Counted from the first letter of the stretch, positions 1 to 13,100 are shown. The stretch: DNA of 64,000 nt from Mizuhopecten yessoensis (GCF_002113885.1 NW_018404492.1:7381173-7445172), one strand, 5' to 3'. Notes: generated from the letters alone by a model not told the origin. Numbers and translations: made by a program.

Positions 1-250
1 GTATCACAATACCAGTACTTACAATACATGTACCCTCCTCCAAAGTATCACAATACCAGTACTTACAATACATGTATCCTCCTCCAAAGTATTACAATAC
101 CAGTACTTACAATACATGTATCCTCCTCCAAAGTATTACAATACCAGTACTTTCAATACATGTATCCTCCTCCAAAGTATCACAATACCAGTACTTACAA
201 TACATGTACCCTCCTCCAATGTATCGCAATACCAGTACTTACTCCTCCAA
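1..250. repeat. 44-bp tandem repeat (minisatellite), ~5.7 copies, truncated by window start
   Basis: Unit GTATCACAATACCAGTACTTACAATACATGTA(C/T)CCTCCTCCAAA repeats directly; explains the three repetitive ORFs 28-346. Confidence 0.95.
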
Positions 251-577
251 TATGATAACAGTACCTTTTTCTGTATCCTTAAAACTCCATTATCTTTACT
301 TAGATTATATCTACAAATCATATTGAAGCAATTCGTTAAAGAGTAAAATTGTATACTTGCCTGTTTCGTAGGATGTTTATCTTGAATGTTAGAAAATAAT
401 TACTAAAATGTATCATTTGATCTGTAGGTTTATTTTGTAGTCAATCTCTGAGCAGTTCTTCTCTCGACCTATCAGGTGAAACGCCCCCATCTAATGTACA
501 GTTTGAGGTTAGAGACAGGTAGATATACCTTTTTTATCTACTTGGTAAAATGAATGATATACACATTTACCTGGTGT

Positions 578-1956
578 TTTATTAGCCCACTATCATCAAA
601 TCGCCCTTCGTCCGTGGTCCGTGGTCCGTCCGTCTTACCGTCATTCCGTCCGTCCTGAAACAATTCTTGTTAGCGTTATTTATCAGAAAGTGCTGGAAGG
701 ATCTTTCTTCGAATTTTACATTAAGTTCCCCATGGTCCCTAGTTATGCATATCGTTTTTTGGACTGATAAAAACCCAAGATGGCCGACAGAAAGCCATAT
801 TTAATTTTAGAGTTAAAGTTCGTTAGAGCTATTTATCAGAAAGTACTGGAGGGATCTTTCTCAAATTTCATATTTAGGTTCCCCATGGTCCTTAATTATG
901 CATATCGGATTTTGGGACTGATCAGAAAACCAAGATGGATGACAGGCACTATTTTGAGTTTTAAGGGTTAAAGTTCGTTAGAGCTATTTATCAGAAAGTA
1001 CCGGAGGGATCTTTAACAAATTTCACGTGAAGGTTCCCCATGGTCCTTATAGTTCTGCATATCATTTTTTGGGGATGATAAAAAAAACCGAGATGGCCGA
1101 AAGCCAGCCATTTTTAATTTGGGAGTTAAAGTTTGTTAGCGCTATATATCAGAAAATGCTAGAGAGATCTTTCTCAAATTTCATATTTAGGTTCCCCATG
1201 GTCCTTAATTATGCATATCGGATTTTGGGACTGATCAGAAAACCAAAATGGATGACAGGCACTTTTTTGAGTTTTAAGGGTTAAAGTTTGTTAGTGCTAT
1301 TTCACAGAAAGGACTTAAGGGATCTTTCTCATATTTAACATGAAGGTTCCCCATGGTCCTTATTTATGCATAACTAATTTTGGGACGGATCGAAAAATCA
1401 AAATGGCCGATAGGCGCAATCTTGAATGTTAAGAGTTAAAGTTTGATAGCGCTATAACTCAGAAATTACAGAAAGAATCTTTCTCAAATTTGATATTTAG
1501 GTTCTCCTTGGTCAGTAGTTGTGCATGTTTACCTTTGAGCTTGATTGGATAAACAAAATGGCCGACAGGCGTCCATCTAGGATTTTGAAAGAAAAAGTTG
1601 TTAATTCTCAGAAACGACCTGAGGGATCTTTCTCAAATTTGCTATGTAGGTTCTACTTGGTCCTTAATTTGGCATGTTTTATTTTGAGAGTTTACATAAA
1701 ACAAGATGGCCGCAGGAAGAACTTTCTCATATTGCAATGATTGGTGCTATGACTTAAACATTAAGTACTGTACTAATAAATATGTGAAAAGACAAACTCA
1801 CTTTGAAGGTTGTATTTTATACACAGCAGTATGATTTACCTCAATATGCATTTACTGTTTCCATGCCTCGATCAAACAAGATAATAAGAGAGAAAAAGGA
1901 GAACTTATGAAGATGTTACAATGGTGGGCGCAAAGATCACTCTGCGATCTCTTGTT
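578..1956 (-). mobile_element. Non-autonomous Helentron/HINE-like element with ~7 diverged ~155-bp central repeats
   Basis: Reverse complement of its right end (AACAAGAGATCGCAGAGTGATCTTTGCGCCCACC) matches the 5' end of the element at 17046. GTCC-type microsatellite at ~610-655, TAGCCCAC terminus, and repeat landmark GATGG at ~779, 934, 1091, 1247, 1402, 1558, 1706. 'Strand' means orientation relative to the 17046 copy. Confidence 0.85.
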
Positions 1957-3217
1957 ATGAAATTATTGTCATTTTTAAAAGTTCAAAATATAATGGCTAA
2001 TTTTGATAATGTGAACTTGCATACAACTTAAGTAGTATCCACATTTAAGGGCCTTCGTTGCGCACTCAAGTTGAATTTGACTTACGATTCATAAAGAGAG
2101 ATACTAGGGGTCTCCCAAACATGAATACATCATAGCAAAAATAAGTATTTTAACTCTAATTGTACATGGGAGAAGTATAAATCACACGAGACAATACAGC
2201 TTTCACAAAATCAGTAACTCTAACTCATAATCGATGGAATTTTGACTATGAACCAAAGAAAGACTTGCAAAGAAACATCGAAAACAATATTCATACATTG
2301 TACCAATAACCAAATTTGCACTACTTTTTGATCTGCTAATAATTAAATTTCATGAAAGGTAACAAGCTTGTTAAAAAGATGTACAGAAGTTCTGGTTATT
2401 CCGTAGCTCCTGTATTGTATGTGAGTACCTACCAATTGCGATAGATGAGGTCTAGTATCGGAGCTTTCGAGCATTTATCCGTATAAAAACTACTTCATTA
2501 AACTTGTTTTCCATAAGGAAATTATATCTTATGTTTCACGTTATTTAGTCGAAACGGTTTGCTTAATATGTTCGAAACAAAATATATAATAGCATAAAGT
2601 ACTCGAATGATTTTGTGAATCAATAAATGTTTGAGTGTCGAATTTGTCTCAATTTTGCCCTCGTGCTTTGTAAAAGACACATGAACAATATGTTAACAAG
2701 GAATGCAGAGGTCACACGGTTTATTTGGTGTTGAACGTTTTGCTGTTTGTTTTGTATCAAATCGATAAAAGACGAGTTTACGAATTTATTGTTGTTATGA
2801 TGACAGCTTTGCTCCCCTGCATCAAGCGTCTTTGTCTGGCTAGTATTGTCTTTCTCAGAGATGCAGATTGACAAAGGAGATTACGATCATGACGTATACG
2901 GACCACCTGTCGTTGATGGTTTCCCTTGTCTGCCTTAGTTCTACAGTATACAGGTGATTTTAAAGAACTACGAAATCGATTCAGGTATAACAAAACGATG
3001 ATGGCCCTTGAGCCAAACACACATTACAACGGTGGATATAAGACACACTTGACCTCTGCACAAGCAGATAATGGTTTGAGCGACAAAACATCTTAAATCT
3101 TAAATAGTATAAAATAAGAACTTTCTCTCCATCACCAACATATGCAATTCGCTTCTAACGGCAAGAGATTACTTATTTTCGTCGTTTAACACTAATACTC
3201 TTTTTAAGGAAGCCGAA

Positions 3218-5733
3218 ATGCAAGGTGGGTGTTTTGCACTTGCCGTTTGTTTTGCCATTTTTCCTGACAACGAAGGTCATTACAGTGGTGACAAATATGA
3301 CCTGACTGATTACAATGGCCTCTTCTTTTCCAACGATGAAATAAAAGGGCTGAAGGAGGACATGGGGTCCCTGTTGTTAGCAACCATCAAGGATAAAGAC
3401 CGTTCCTTCCGCTTCACTCCTGGAAAATGGAAGAGAAGGCTACCCAAGAGCAGAAAGGAGAAGGTGGAAGAGGAATGTCCCGAACGATCAAAAAGGCGTA
3501 CGTGTCCGTCTTGTTGTCAAACGTAAGTACAGTTCATAGCACCATAAATTGATATGGACGGATTTTAAGGCTGCTAAATGCATGTGATAATCTTTTGTAC
3601 CAGTAAAACTGAAACGAAACAAATTAATTAATGATGAACGTAACATACATACAGAGGTGATTGCTCCTTTAAAATGTTGTTATAGATAGCAGTAAAAAGA
3701 CAAAGTTCAGCCATTTGGAAACGTGATATGAAAATAACCAGGATGCTTTGTAGCCTGACCTAATTAGCAAAACGCTTACTGGTATCGTTGTTTACTCCAC
3801 TATAACATACCAAAATCACCTTTACCGACGCAATGAAATCACGTCTTAAAAAATGTTCGTTCATTAGATAAATGTTTTACATGAACTCGTACAGATCTTA
3901 TCCAAAGTAGAAATATTTCAGTTCAATGGGTTTTTTTCTTTTCCCTTTGTATTTCTAGTGATTATTTTACGTAGCAAGGTGGTTGACTATCAGTTCCCGA
4001 GGTTGTCCGTGCCTTTGCTGAAATGTATTCTGTCTGGGTTTACACGATATACTAGTTAAAGTAAAAATATAGTACATGTAACGTTATAAAGAGTTTATAG
4101 GCACATTTTATTTATCACTGTATTTTACATGTTTCAGAATTTATTAGTTGCGGGGTTTTGTCATTCTTTGACCTTCAGTACCAGAGATATTCTTTAATTG
4201 ACGAAATGGCCTCATGTGTTCTTCGTTTGTCTTTCTGCATCTACAAACAGACTTTTCCAATAGGTCTTGCATGTCCTCCTATTTCTAGTATTTTTTGTTA
4301 TTTTCTCTTGTGCAGGGGAATATTTCAAAACATTTCTGTATTTCACAGACAATGGGTGGCAGACCGCGTATGGAAAGTGATGTACAACAACACTGAATAC
4401 AACGTTGTGCAAAAACATAACAAGTACCAGGTCATCTTCCAAGGCGTCTGTTCGTAAGTATACAGAAAACTGACGTTTAAGTGTGCCATTTTGACTAAAA
4501 CCTATTAGTTCGGCCTATTTGTGGTTTAACCTCTGACTTATGGCGACAGATTGCTATTCATTATAGACAATGAACGTGTAATATAACGTGTAAAATTCGG
4601 CCAAAATCCATCTTTATTGTATGTTGTACATTATCGCTGTGTCCAAGATATAAAAGTACAATAAAAGAACACACTTTTGTCCATAACCGATATAAATTCA
4701 GAGGATTCATTGGATTTGGATTTGTAAAAATATCGTTATCACCATCTGATGAATACGCACATGTACGTATATTGATGACAAATAACAAAAGACGGTTACA
4801 AATGAACTGGTATATGTGTATTTACAGAAGAAGTTTAGACGGCAACCTATATAAAATCTCCGTTTGTGAAGCAATAAAAATGTATTTTGTTGCAATCAGT
4901 TTGGAAAAAATAGCTGTTTTCATAATTTGAAGTGTCAATCTCTTGGAAATCATTTCATATTTAACTAGCTATACATACCGGGAGTGCCAGAATGTATTAT
5001 AAACATCACTTTTTGGAATGTTACTGCATTATTTTTTTAACTGCTTATCCATCGGAGTACTATTTATTGCCGTTTATTCTGGTGTTATGTTTTGCCAGAG
5101 ACGAACTGCAATATGTAACGTGTTTAGCATATTTTGTATATATATATACTAGTGAAATGCCCTTTCAGTGGCATCGGCAAAAACGGTACATTATTGAATA
5201 AGTTTTATATAAACATTTATCAAATGAACCTCATTGAAAGGGTATGGTCTCTCAGGGATAAATACGTTTACGGTGTAGGTTATTTGCCAGCAATAATTAT
5301 CGGAGACCGGTTCATTTCTTTTCATATCTATGTAACTGTTGTCCTACATGAATATAGACAACAATACTTTTGCAGTAGTACCTGGAAAATAACAAAACAT
5401 GCGAAAAAATTACTTTGGCAGAAAGTAATAACTTTAAATATTACTAAGTGGGATAGTTTTGTTTCAGGCATATCGGTTTATGATGGATGGTAAATGGCAG
5501 CTACAGTCTTTTATGAAACTATTATAGTACACCCATAAACATTCTTTTCTCTCTTGCACAGCTGCAGCAATTGTGGGCCTGTGATAACGTGTGGTGAAGA
5601 GGATTTGTTCTTCACGCCGATCTTGGTGGAAGACAGCGAACGTCCAAAGAACGATTCTCGCCCCGCCACCCACTTCCTTCCCCTGCGAATATCCCGCTTC
5701 TGTCAGTGTTCCAAAGGGTCGTGGATCGTGTAA
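3218..5733 (+). CDS. Secreted cystine-knot precursor, Spaetzle/neurotrophin-like, 193 aa; exons 3218-3522, 4349-4453, 5562-5733
   Basis: Both introns are phase 2 with GTAAGT donors and pyrimidine-rich CAG acceptors, and the frame is preserved. Hydrophobic N-terminus MQGGCFALAVCFAIFPDNEG, furin site RSKRR, then TCPSCCQTQWVADRVWKVMYNNTEYNVVQKHNKYQVIFQGVCSCSNCGPVITCGEEDLFFTPILVEDSERPKNDSRPATHFLPLRISRFCQCSKGSWIV with C-terminal CxC. The family call rests on cysteine spacing and the 'VVQ...Q.I...C' pattern. Confidence 0.8.
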
Positions 5734-5861
5734 ACGTCGATATCCTCAGAAAAGTTGATGTTGTAAGATTGTTTTCCTATAAGAACGAAATAATGTGAAA
5801 GTTGGTTTAAAGAACATTGTGTTTTGTTGTTTTGGGCACACCATTGTAGGATTTGTTGTAA

Positions 5862-6030
5862 GTACTAGATTTACTAAAATGACTAAACCTATTCTTCTTT
5901 CTCTTGTGCTGATCAATTGTACGAGACTTGATAAAATGACTAAACCTTTTCTTCTTCTCTTGTGCTGATTAATTGTACTAGATTTGTTAAGATGACTTAA
6001 CCTATTCTTCTTTCTCTCGTCCTGATCAAT
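5862..6030. repeat. ~56-bp tandem repeat x3 in the putative 3' UTR of the cystine-knot gene
   Basis: GTACTAGATTT...AAATGACTAAACCT(A/T)TTCTTCTT...CTTGTGCTGAT(C/T)AATT repeated three times; AATAAA follows at ~6090. Confidence 0.8.
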
Positions 6031-7821
6031 ACTCTGTAGTGGCATATTATTATGTAAAGTGTTCTTTGATAAAAAGCTTATTTTTCACTAATAAATAGTT
6101 ATTGAGTTCTTTTGGTTTCAACTACTTCGACTTTTTGAAATCCATATAGAACAGATGATATCATGTGTAATTATAGAATTTCGATACGTAAAAATAAGAA
6201 GAAAATATAAAGGTTTTTGTTTTTCTAAGTACATGTATGGCATGATATCATGTTGGTTTTACTTGTTGTGAAATCTTGAAAGTCTTCAGTTTTTCAGTCA
6301 CATTATTCATTATCATGGTGTTAGATGATAAGAACAATACCTGGTTGATGTGTGTCGTTGTGCGCTCAGCGTTTAGATTTATTCATTGAATTCAGTTTGT
6401 TAGTTTTTTCATGGTATTCTATTTTCTTAGTTATTTGTTCAGTCTATTGCGAGTCTGACAGAGTACCGTAAAATGTTTTGTTTTGGCAATAATAATATGC
6501 ATGTTTCTATTTTCTGAAGTATACAATCCTAACAACGTAAGATGACTTCTATAAAGTAAAAATATTTGGCATATCCGTAGTCAATACCAATAAAAATAAT
6601 AAGTTTACTGTCTAGCAAATTTTGAGAGGACATTTCATCTTCCCACTGATCCATATACAATTCGCGTTATTTCTATCGCATGTATAACTATAAACGTCCT
6701 ACGTTTTAAGTCAATGACTAGACTTGATAACATGCAAATTACTTAAAGATTTGATTTTTTTAAGAAATATGAAACTATACGAATGTTTTATTTGAAAACA
6801 TTATATAAAAAGCTATTTACCTTCATTTTAGGTAGATAAAAGCACCATCTCAAAAATCGTAAATGCTAGCACATCTTATCGCGAATTTTGTAGCCGTTCC
6901 TATATCGTCTTATCGTCAAAATACAGTAAAGAGACCTTTAGTTCCGTCCGCATACATGTACCTTATCGATCAAAGCATAATCTCGGTTGATGATTTTGAA
7001 AACTGAATTATACACGTAATTTATTTTGTTAGTGTTTTCACTAACAGATTTCATAATAACAACAAAGGCATTGTAAAACGTAAAATACAAATATTCATTT
7101 CATTGCTGTTATGTTCATCATTCATTCAGTATTTGGCATGGTAATTCAACTACTGTTTATTTTTCAACACATTCATTTAACATTCAAGTTCATATAGAAC
7201 CAAGACAATTTGGTTCACACAAATTACATATTGCAATGGAAGCATTGAGCACAAGTGAACCTTGATTAGAAATGCACACAAATTTAAATGTACGCAATAT
7301 GTATTTTAGTCCTAATACTTGGATCACAATTATATAAACATTTTCTCCGGATTATTATCTGTCCCAGCTTAATGAAACACAACTGTAACTGACTTCAGCC
7401 TAACTTACGGTCAAGTTGTACATGCATCCAACAAACAATAGATTTTATGAAATTTCCGATTCCACAAATTCCACTGTAATGGACTTATCTTACTGTTGTT
7501 TATGTACGAAAATCATATATTTTTGGCAGTAAATTAGTATGCATGTTCATATGTCGGCAGACATTGCAATCGTACATACACTTAGTAAACAAATTTCATT
7601 CGTATTAAGTAATTAAAAGCTTAGCACAAAATCTTAATAATTAAACGTAGACACTCTCTGGCAGCCTATTGCCTATTGACGACGAGTAAACGCTAATCAG
7701 CTTGAACACACTGTTTTGAATAGCAAAACCAGAATAACGTCGCTGTCAATGTGATGACATGGCACTCTCCAGATGATTTTTATGTTCGTGGCAGATGATC
7801 AGTTTGGTTTGGGTATGTCGG

Positions 7822-8535
7822 TCAGTTGAAGCCCTTCCATGCGTACGAACTGACAACACCCATAGAAGAGTTCATTGATTTCACCACCCTGCGATCACTA
7901 TCCGGGACGTGGGTCCGTTCTGTTAGCGTGCTTAGCCTTGTAAACTGCGAAAAGGGAAACTGGATATCATAATCTAGTTTGATATCAACTTACTGGAAAC
8001 ATTTTAATATAAAATGAAAAGGCAAAAATTTTGTATACAAATAAAAAAGAAACATGAACAGCACACACTATAGCAGTACCATTACAAGAAAAGGAATAAC
8101 ATATTTACGTATCCAACTTCTAACATCATTTGAAGGGGTGCAAAAGAAGACCGACTTCATAATGTAATTATTCGAAATATTAGTGTAAAGCTAACAATCT
8201 TATAAACACATGCATTCGTGAGCCTAAAATTTCAAATACATAACATAATTTAAAAAACTTTTAACAAATGAATATTGAAATTAATAATTATAAAAAGTTT
8301 CAAAACGACTTGGGCATATACTTACAATTTGGTCTGCCTCCTCAGAAGGCAGTTTGGGTCCTGGCCTTTCGTAGACCCTCTCCTTCATTGGCTGTACTTT
8401 GTATAACCGCTCTACCGTCTGGTCTATCTCGTAACCCGTCATCTTTTGGTGCCCCATCTCAAACTCTGGCTTTATGATCGTACCCCAGGGCATCTTCGGG
8501 TGAGGAGTCCTCACTGAGGAACGTATAACTGACAT
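7822..8535 (-). CDS. Uncharacterised 110-aa protein; coding exons 8535-8326 and 7944-7822
   Basis: Phase-0 intron, donor ATT|GTAAGT, acceptor TTTCGCAG|TTT. Protein MSVIRSSVRTPHPKMPWGTIIKPEFEMGHQKMTGYEIDQTVERLYKVQPMKERVYERPGPKLPSEEADQI|FTRLSTLTERTHVPDSDRRVVKSMNSSMGVVSSYAWKGFN. Upstream acceptor CTTTCAG at 8550. Both exons are GC-richer than their flanks. Confidence 0.75.
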
Positions 8536-10094
8536 GTCTTCCCACTTATCTGAAAGTAGCACAACTTAAATCGGTCATCGCCAGAAAATATAAGATATAA
8601 AGATAAGGCATATTAGTAATTATAAAACCCAAAAGAAATGTTTTCTGAGAAGTTCCTTTGTGTCTTAAAAGGATTACAACGTTCCGAATTCGTTCAGTGG
8701 TGCATTGGGTTTGTTTTGGCCCGATCTTTTTCGAAACACAATGTAGCTTGAGGTGTATTGTAATTCCCAAAGACTCGACTACACTCGAGCTGACCGTGGG
8801 GTATTATGTGTATTACACAAGGAACGATAACGTAGATTAGAACTAATCCTCTTGTAATTAATAGTCTGCAATTCCTGATTAAAAGCAATCTGACGATCGG
8901 CATGTTTCCAAATGCCTGTTAATTCATCAATGATCCGTATATGTTATACGTATATCGAGTAACAAGGCACGTGCCGCCAGTCGTAGCAAAATACGGTGTG
9001 GATATTTAAAAAGTATATCTCACATTTAAATTAATATCAAACCTAAAATAAACGCGCTTTCTTTATAATGCAATCGGAAGGTTTTATTTTCTGAATACAT
9101 TTTATTTAAAGCTAAACATATTGTGCATTCAAAACGATAAAAAAGCATGATGAATAATTTGGATGGTGACTAAATAGTTAAGCAGGTTTTCAAGCCCAAT
9201 CAGTATCAACTTGCCACCTACTCCAACTTCAGCATACCAGTGTTTGATGTGACTCTTTCTTGTACAATGAAGAGAGTATGTTCACACAAAGCGGGCGTTA
9301 TCTATGAATTGTACATTACGCGACCTAGTAATAAGTTTACAAAGTGTTAGAGTGTGAATTCAATTATCAAGAAATAAACTTAACAGTGAACATCATATCT
9401 CAAATCCATGCATTCAGTTATACGTTAAGTCACATGTCAGCGTAAATAAAATAAATAAATTATTTGATTACAACGACATCATAATCTTCTATTTTTCATA
9501 AACATGTATATTCACATACGAATCTGATTGTCAGATCGTTGCCATTAACAAATAAGCACTAGAAAAGCAACAAAAGGAGGCACGTAATTGAAAATCATGA
9601 CAATTGAAAAAACAAACATTAAGGAAGCAAACGTATGGTAGGTGTAGAAGAATGTGTTAGATCAACAATGTTTAATGAGCTAGCCAATTGGTCTGTTTAA
9701 ATGTCGTACATACATGAACGCGTTGTTAATTTATTGAATATCGGCTAGTGTGTATGAGGATCTTTTAATATTTCCTATAAAGGAATCATGGTTGAATGCT
9801 TACACTCTGTACTTGACTGAAGATACATGTACACATTTCAATAAATTCTAGATATTTTAACAACGTGGGTATGTAAATGGACAAATACTATATCTTTTTA
9901 ACGGCAATGCTAATACGTTTATAAGTCTACAGGATATGACAATTCGATTCAATGCCTCGTACTACGAATTTTATATGAAGTTTATATGACATGCACTATT
10001 AAAATAAATTGAAATAAGCCTATTGCTATATACATTATATATATTACACGAGTAAAATTGATATTACACAACCCGAGTCGTGAACGTGACTTAC

Positions 10095-10151
10095 CTGTAC
10101 AGCACGTGTTCTAAATGTCGTATATATAGGTCCTCCTGGAGAATTCTGATG
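10095..10151 (-). other. Candidate 57-nt upstream (5' UTR) exon of the 110-aa gene
   Basis: Bounded by TTACAG acceptor and CAG|GTAAGT donor on the minus strand. If spliced to 8549 it places an in-frame TAG upstream of ATG 8535. Confidence 0.45.
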
Positions 10152-13100
10152 CTGTAATTAACACCTGTTTCCCTGTCTACATCATTACATACTAATCACT
10201 ATGCTGGCGATGTTCACGACTAAACACCTATATCCCGTTCCCCGGATAAGTCCAATACCTGTAATGCGATTTTCGTGTTTTGTTTTGATTAGCGACAAAG
10301 TCGGATCAGTCTGACGTACAACATCGATAGATCGATCAACGTTAACGGTATACGCTCTTCGATATGTAATGCATACTACTTCAAAATCAAACCATATTCT
10401 AGAGGAACGCGAGACTGTATTTCACTATTTCCACATACCATTAAATATATATATATATATATACTCCAGCACTTTTTGTTTTTAAGTTCCGTGCATGTGT
10501 TTAACGTTGCATTGTATAGCATGTATCAAATAACACATATGCTATGTGATAACGACTGTAGAAAGCATGGCTCAATTTGACAAATACTTTGCAATAGTCT
10601 GAGCGGTGTAGGTCGATAAGGATCAAAAGTGTTAAGGTGGATTATACGAAACGTACGGTGTACACTTAGTGTTTGTATTTCTATACAATGAACAAAATAA
10701 ATTAGGTCTTAACTAAAACAAACAGACCAACAGGGAAACGCCAAGCGCAACATGTACACATAAAACCTATATATGCAGTGGTACATTGTAATAAATATGA
10801 ACTAAGGAGGATTATCCTATTTTCTGGTGGCTGAACTAACTAAGCACATCGATATCCATGCCTATGTATATAACTATAGAAATACTAAGGAGAAAATGTT
10901 TGACTTGGGCGGTACGTCTGTCAAAGGAGCATGCATGTGTGTTAATGTGAACTCTACGATAAATATAGCACCCTTTGAACTATTGGTAATCAATCAAAAT
11001 ATCTGTGTATATCCAGATTAAAATAAGTCACTTGTATATCAGCTGAAGCAACACATATTCAAAAAATATACCATTTTTGGGTAACTATGATATCCGTATA
11101 ACCCTGCACTATTGCTCCATAAAAACCATATGCTATCAGTTTTATTGGTTTACAATGTTTTTATAAGATGTGTTTTTATATATTTTCAATAAGATGCATC
11201 AGTTTGGACATACGTAATATCAACGCTTTATTTGATACACAAACAATGTACGTATCAAACGTGTCGCAACGTTTCAAGACCGACTGGCCTATTATTAAGC
11301 TGTTTGTATTGTTTAAGTATACAACGATGTAATGAAATTGTAAGTTTCATATTTCACGTGTCACTCGACACAAAACGTTTCGCCTATCGATAGAGAGTGT
11401 ATATTAATCACCGTTAGTGGTTGGGTGTAGATCTAGCCCCCTCTCCCGTTTAGGTCAGTAGTGGGTCATACATGTACTACACAGACTTAGATAACAAGGT
11501 ATACTCTAATGCATAGGTCATACAGTATTAATATATATGCGAAAGACGAAAATGGTACATTACTTATCAATATTTTAATTGATATTTCTTAAAGTATATT
11601 CAAAACCCTTTCTAAATTACTATATTGTGTACATGCACGTGAGGATTGATATAAGGCTTTTTTAAGAGTCTTGCCTTTACAAACGCTTTATGTGAAGTCA
11701 CGAAATAAAATGTGCTTCGTCTTTAAGTTGACGCTTACGGTTTTAACAACATTTCGATACCCAGTAGTTTATATTTTGCCATTATAGAAATGTCTACACA
11801 AAGACTGTGAACATTACTTCTATCTCGAGTAGTTATAGGTTTCTGGGTCGGATCACTTGGTGTACTTTAAGTTTAACTAGCATAGCGGAATAGCCTATAT
11901 TTATTTATTGAAACGATTTAAACATGTCCTGTCATTCTGTTAGCCTTTAACAGTCCACCATACAATCACCAAACAAATTAGAATAAGAAAGGGTGAGTGT
12001 GTGTAAGCTATATTGGGTGGTGTTATATAGATAAATCTCCGTGAGATTACTACCTGTGTTTGACACTTGGGCACTATCAGTGTCGGGACACTAAACTGCC
12101 AATATGTTGTCGGCCAAAACATCAAAACAATAACTCAAAACTATCCCAGACTCTATCTACAGGTACTTCAAAGAGGTTTTAGAGTGAACCTTCGGTATTT
12201 CGACCTCTGTCGAATACATCGTGTATTTGTATAGCTATAATATGGCCTTCACATCTCTATACCCAGGTACATGTACAATGTACATTGTATATTGAATGCA
12301 TCGTATGCCTACATGGTGCAAACAAATCGACATAATAAATCTAGTGGTAATTTAAAACATAGTCAATTTTTACAAAGGACTGTGACCAGAATATGACGGA
12401 ATAAACACTGTTTTTTTCTTGGTGAGATAATGTTTTATAGACAAAAATGTATAACAAAACAAGATCGGTAGAAACAAATTATCGGTCTATAAGATGGTTT
12501 GTTACTATCATAGCTATGGTATCACTGTGATAAAGTTACTACGCAACTTCAAAAACACGAAATAGTATAAAACGCAGAAGGTCATAATCTAACGTTGTCA
12601 TAACATGAAGGAATGAAAGAAATGTGAAGATCGATGGTAAAAGTCAATACTACATCTAAATGGCGTTATCGATCAGCCAGTACTGTGTGCATGAGCACAG
12701 ATCCTCCTGATGATAAACGTCTGGTTAGATCAATCAACTTAGCGTAATCAGTTACCTTATACCATGGATTTATACGACATATTTGTAGTTAAGAACTATA
12801 CAAAAGATATAAATCATGGTGATCACTCAGTAAGCATAGCTTACATCCTGTTGTTGCACTGCCATAAATATCACTGTTATATGCTAGCAAATACACTTGT
12901 TAGCTGTTGATATCGCATTAAATACTGTTCAAGCTGACGACAACGCAACCGTACACGTGGATAATCGTTTACAGAAAACACTAGGTTAGAGACTCAATTA
13001 GTGAGATAGGATCAGTTACCATTGACACCAACCAAATCTCACTACACGGTTTACATAGGCTATTGTTACAGATGCAAAAAGGCAATAACATTCATCTCAT

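Noticed and set aside
28-346. Three overlapping ORFs with MYPPPKY repeats (extensin/adhesive-like appearance)
   Set aside because: They are translations of a 44-bp minisatellite (not a multiple of 3), so the same peptides appear in all frames.
780-1740. Similar ORFs 780, 1027, 1519 (and 17295) suggesting a small gene family
   Set aside because: They lie within the central tandem repeats of HINE-like elements; the similarity is from the DNA repeat.
2860-2955. Upstream coding exon (MTYTDHLSLMVSLVCLSSTVY) for the cystine-knot gene
   Set aside because: Splicing to the acceptor at 3208 would be out of frame with the 3218 ORF; at most a UTR exon.
4158-4348. 5' part of ORF 4158-4457
   Set aside because: Intronic read-through. 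Only 4349-4453 fits the cysteine pattern and has a clean acceptor.
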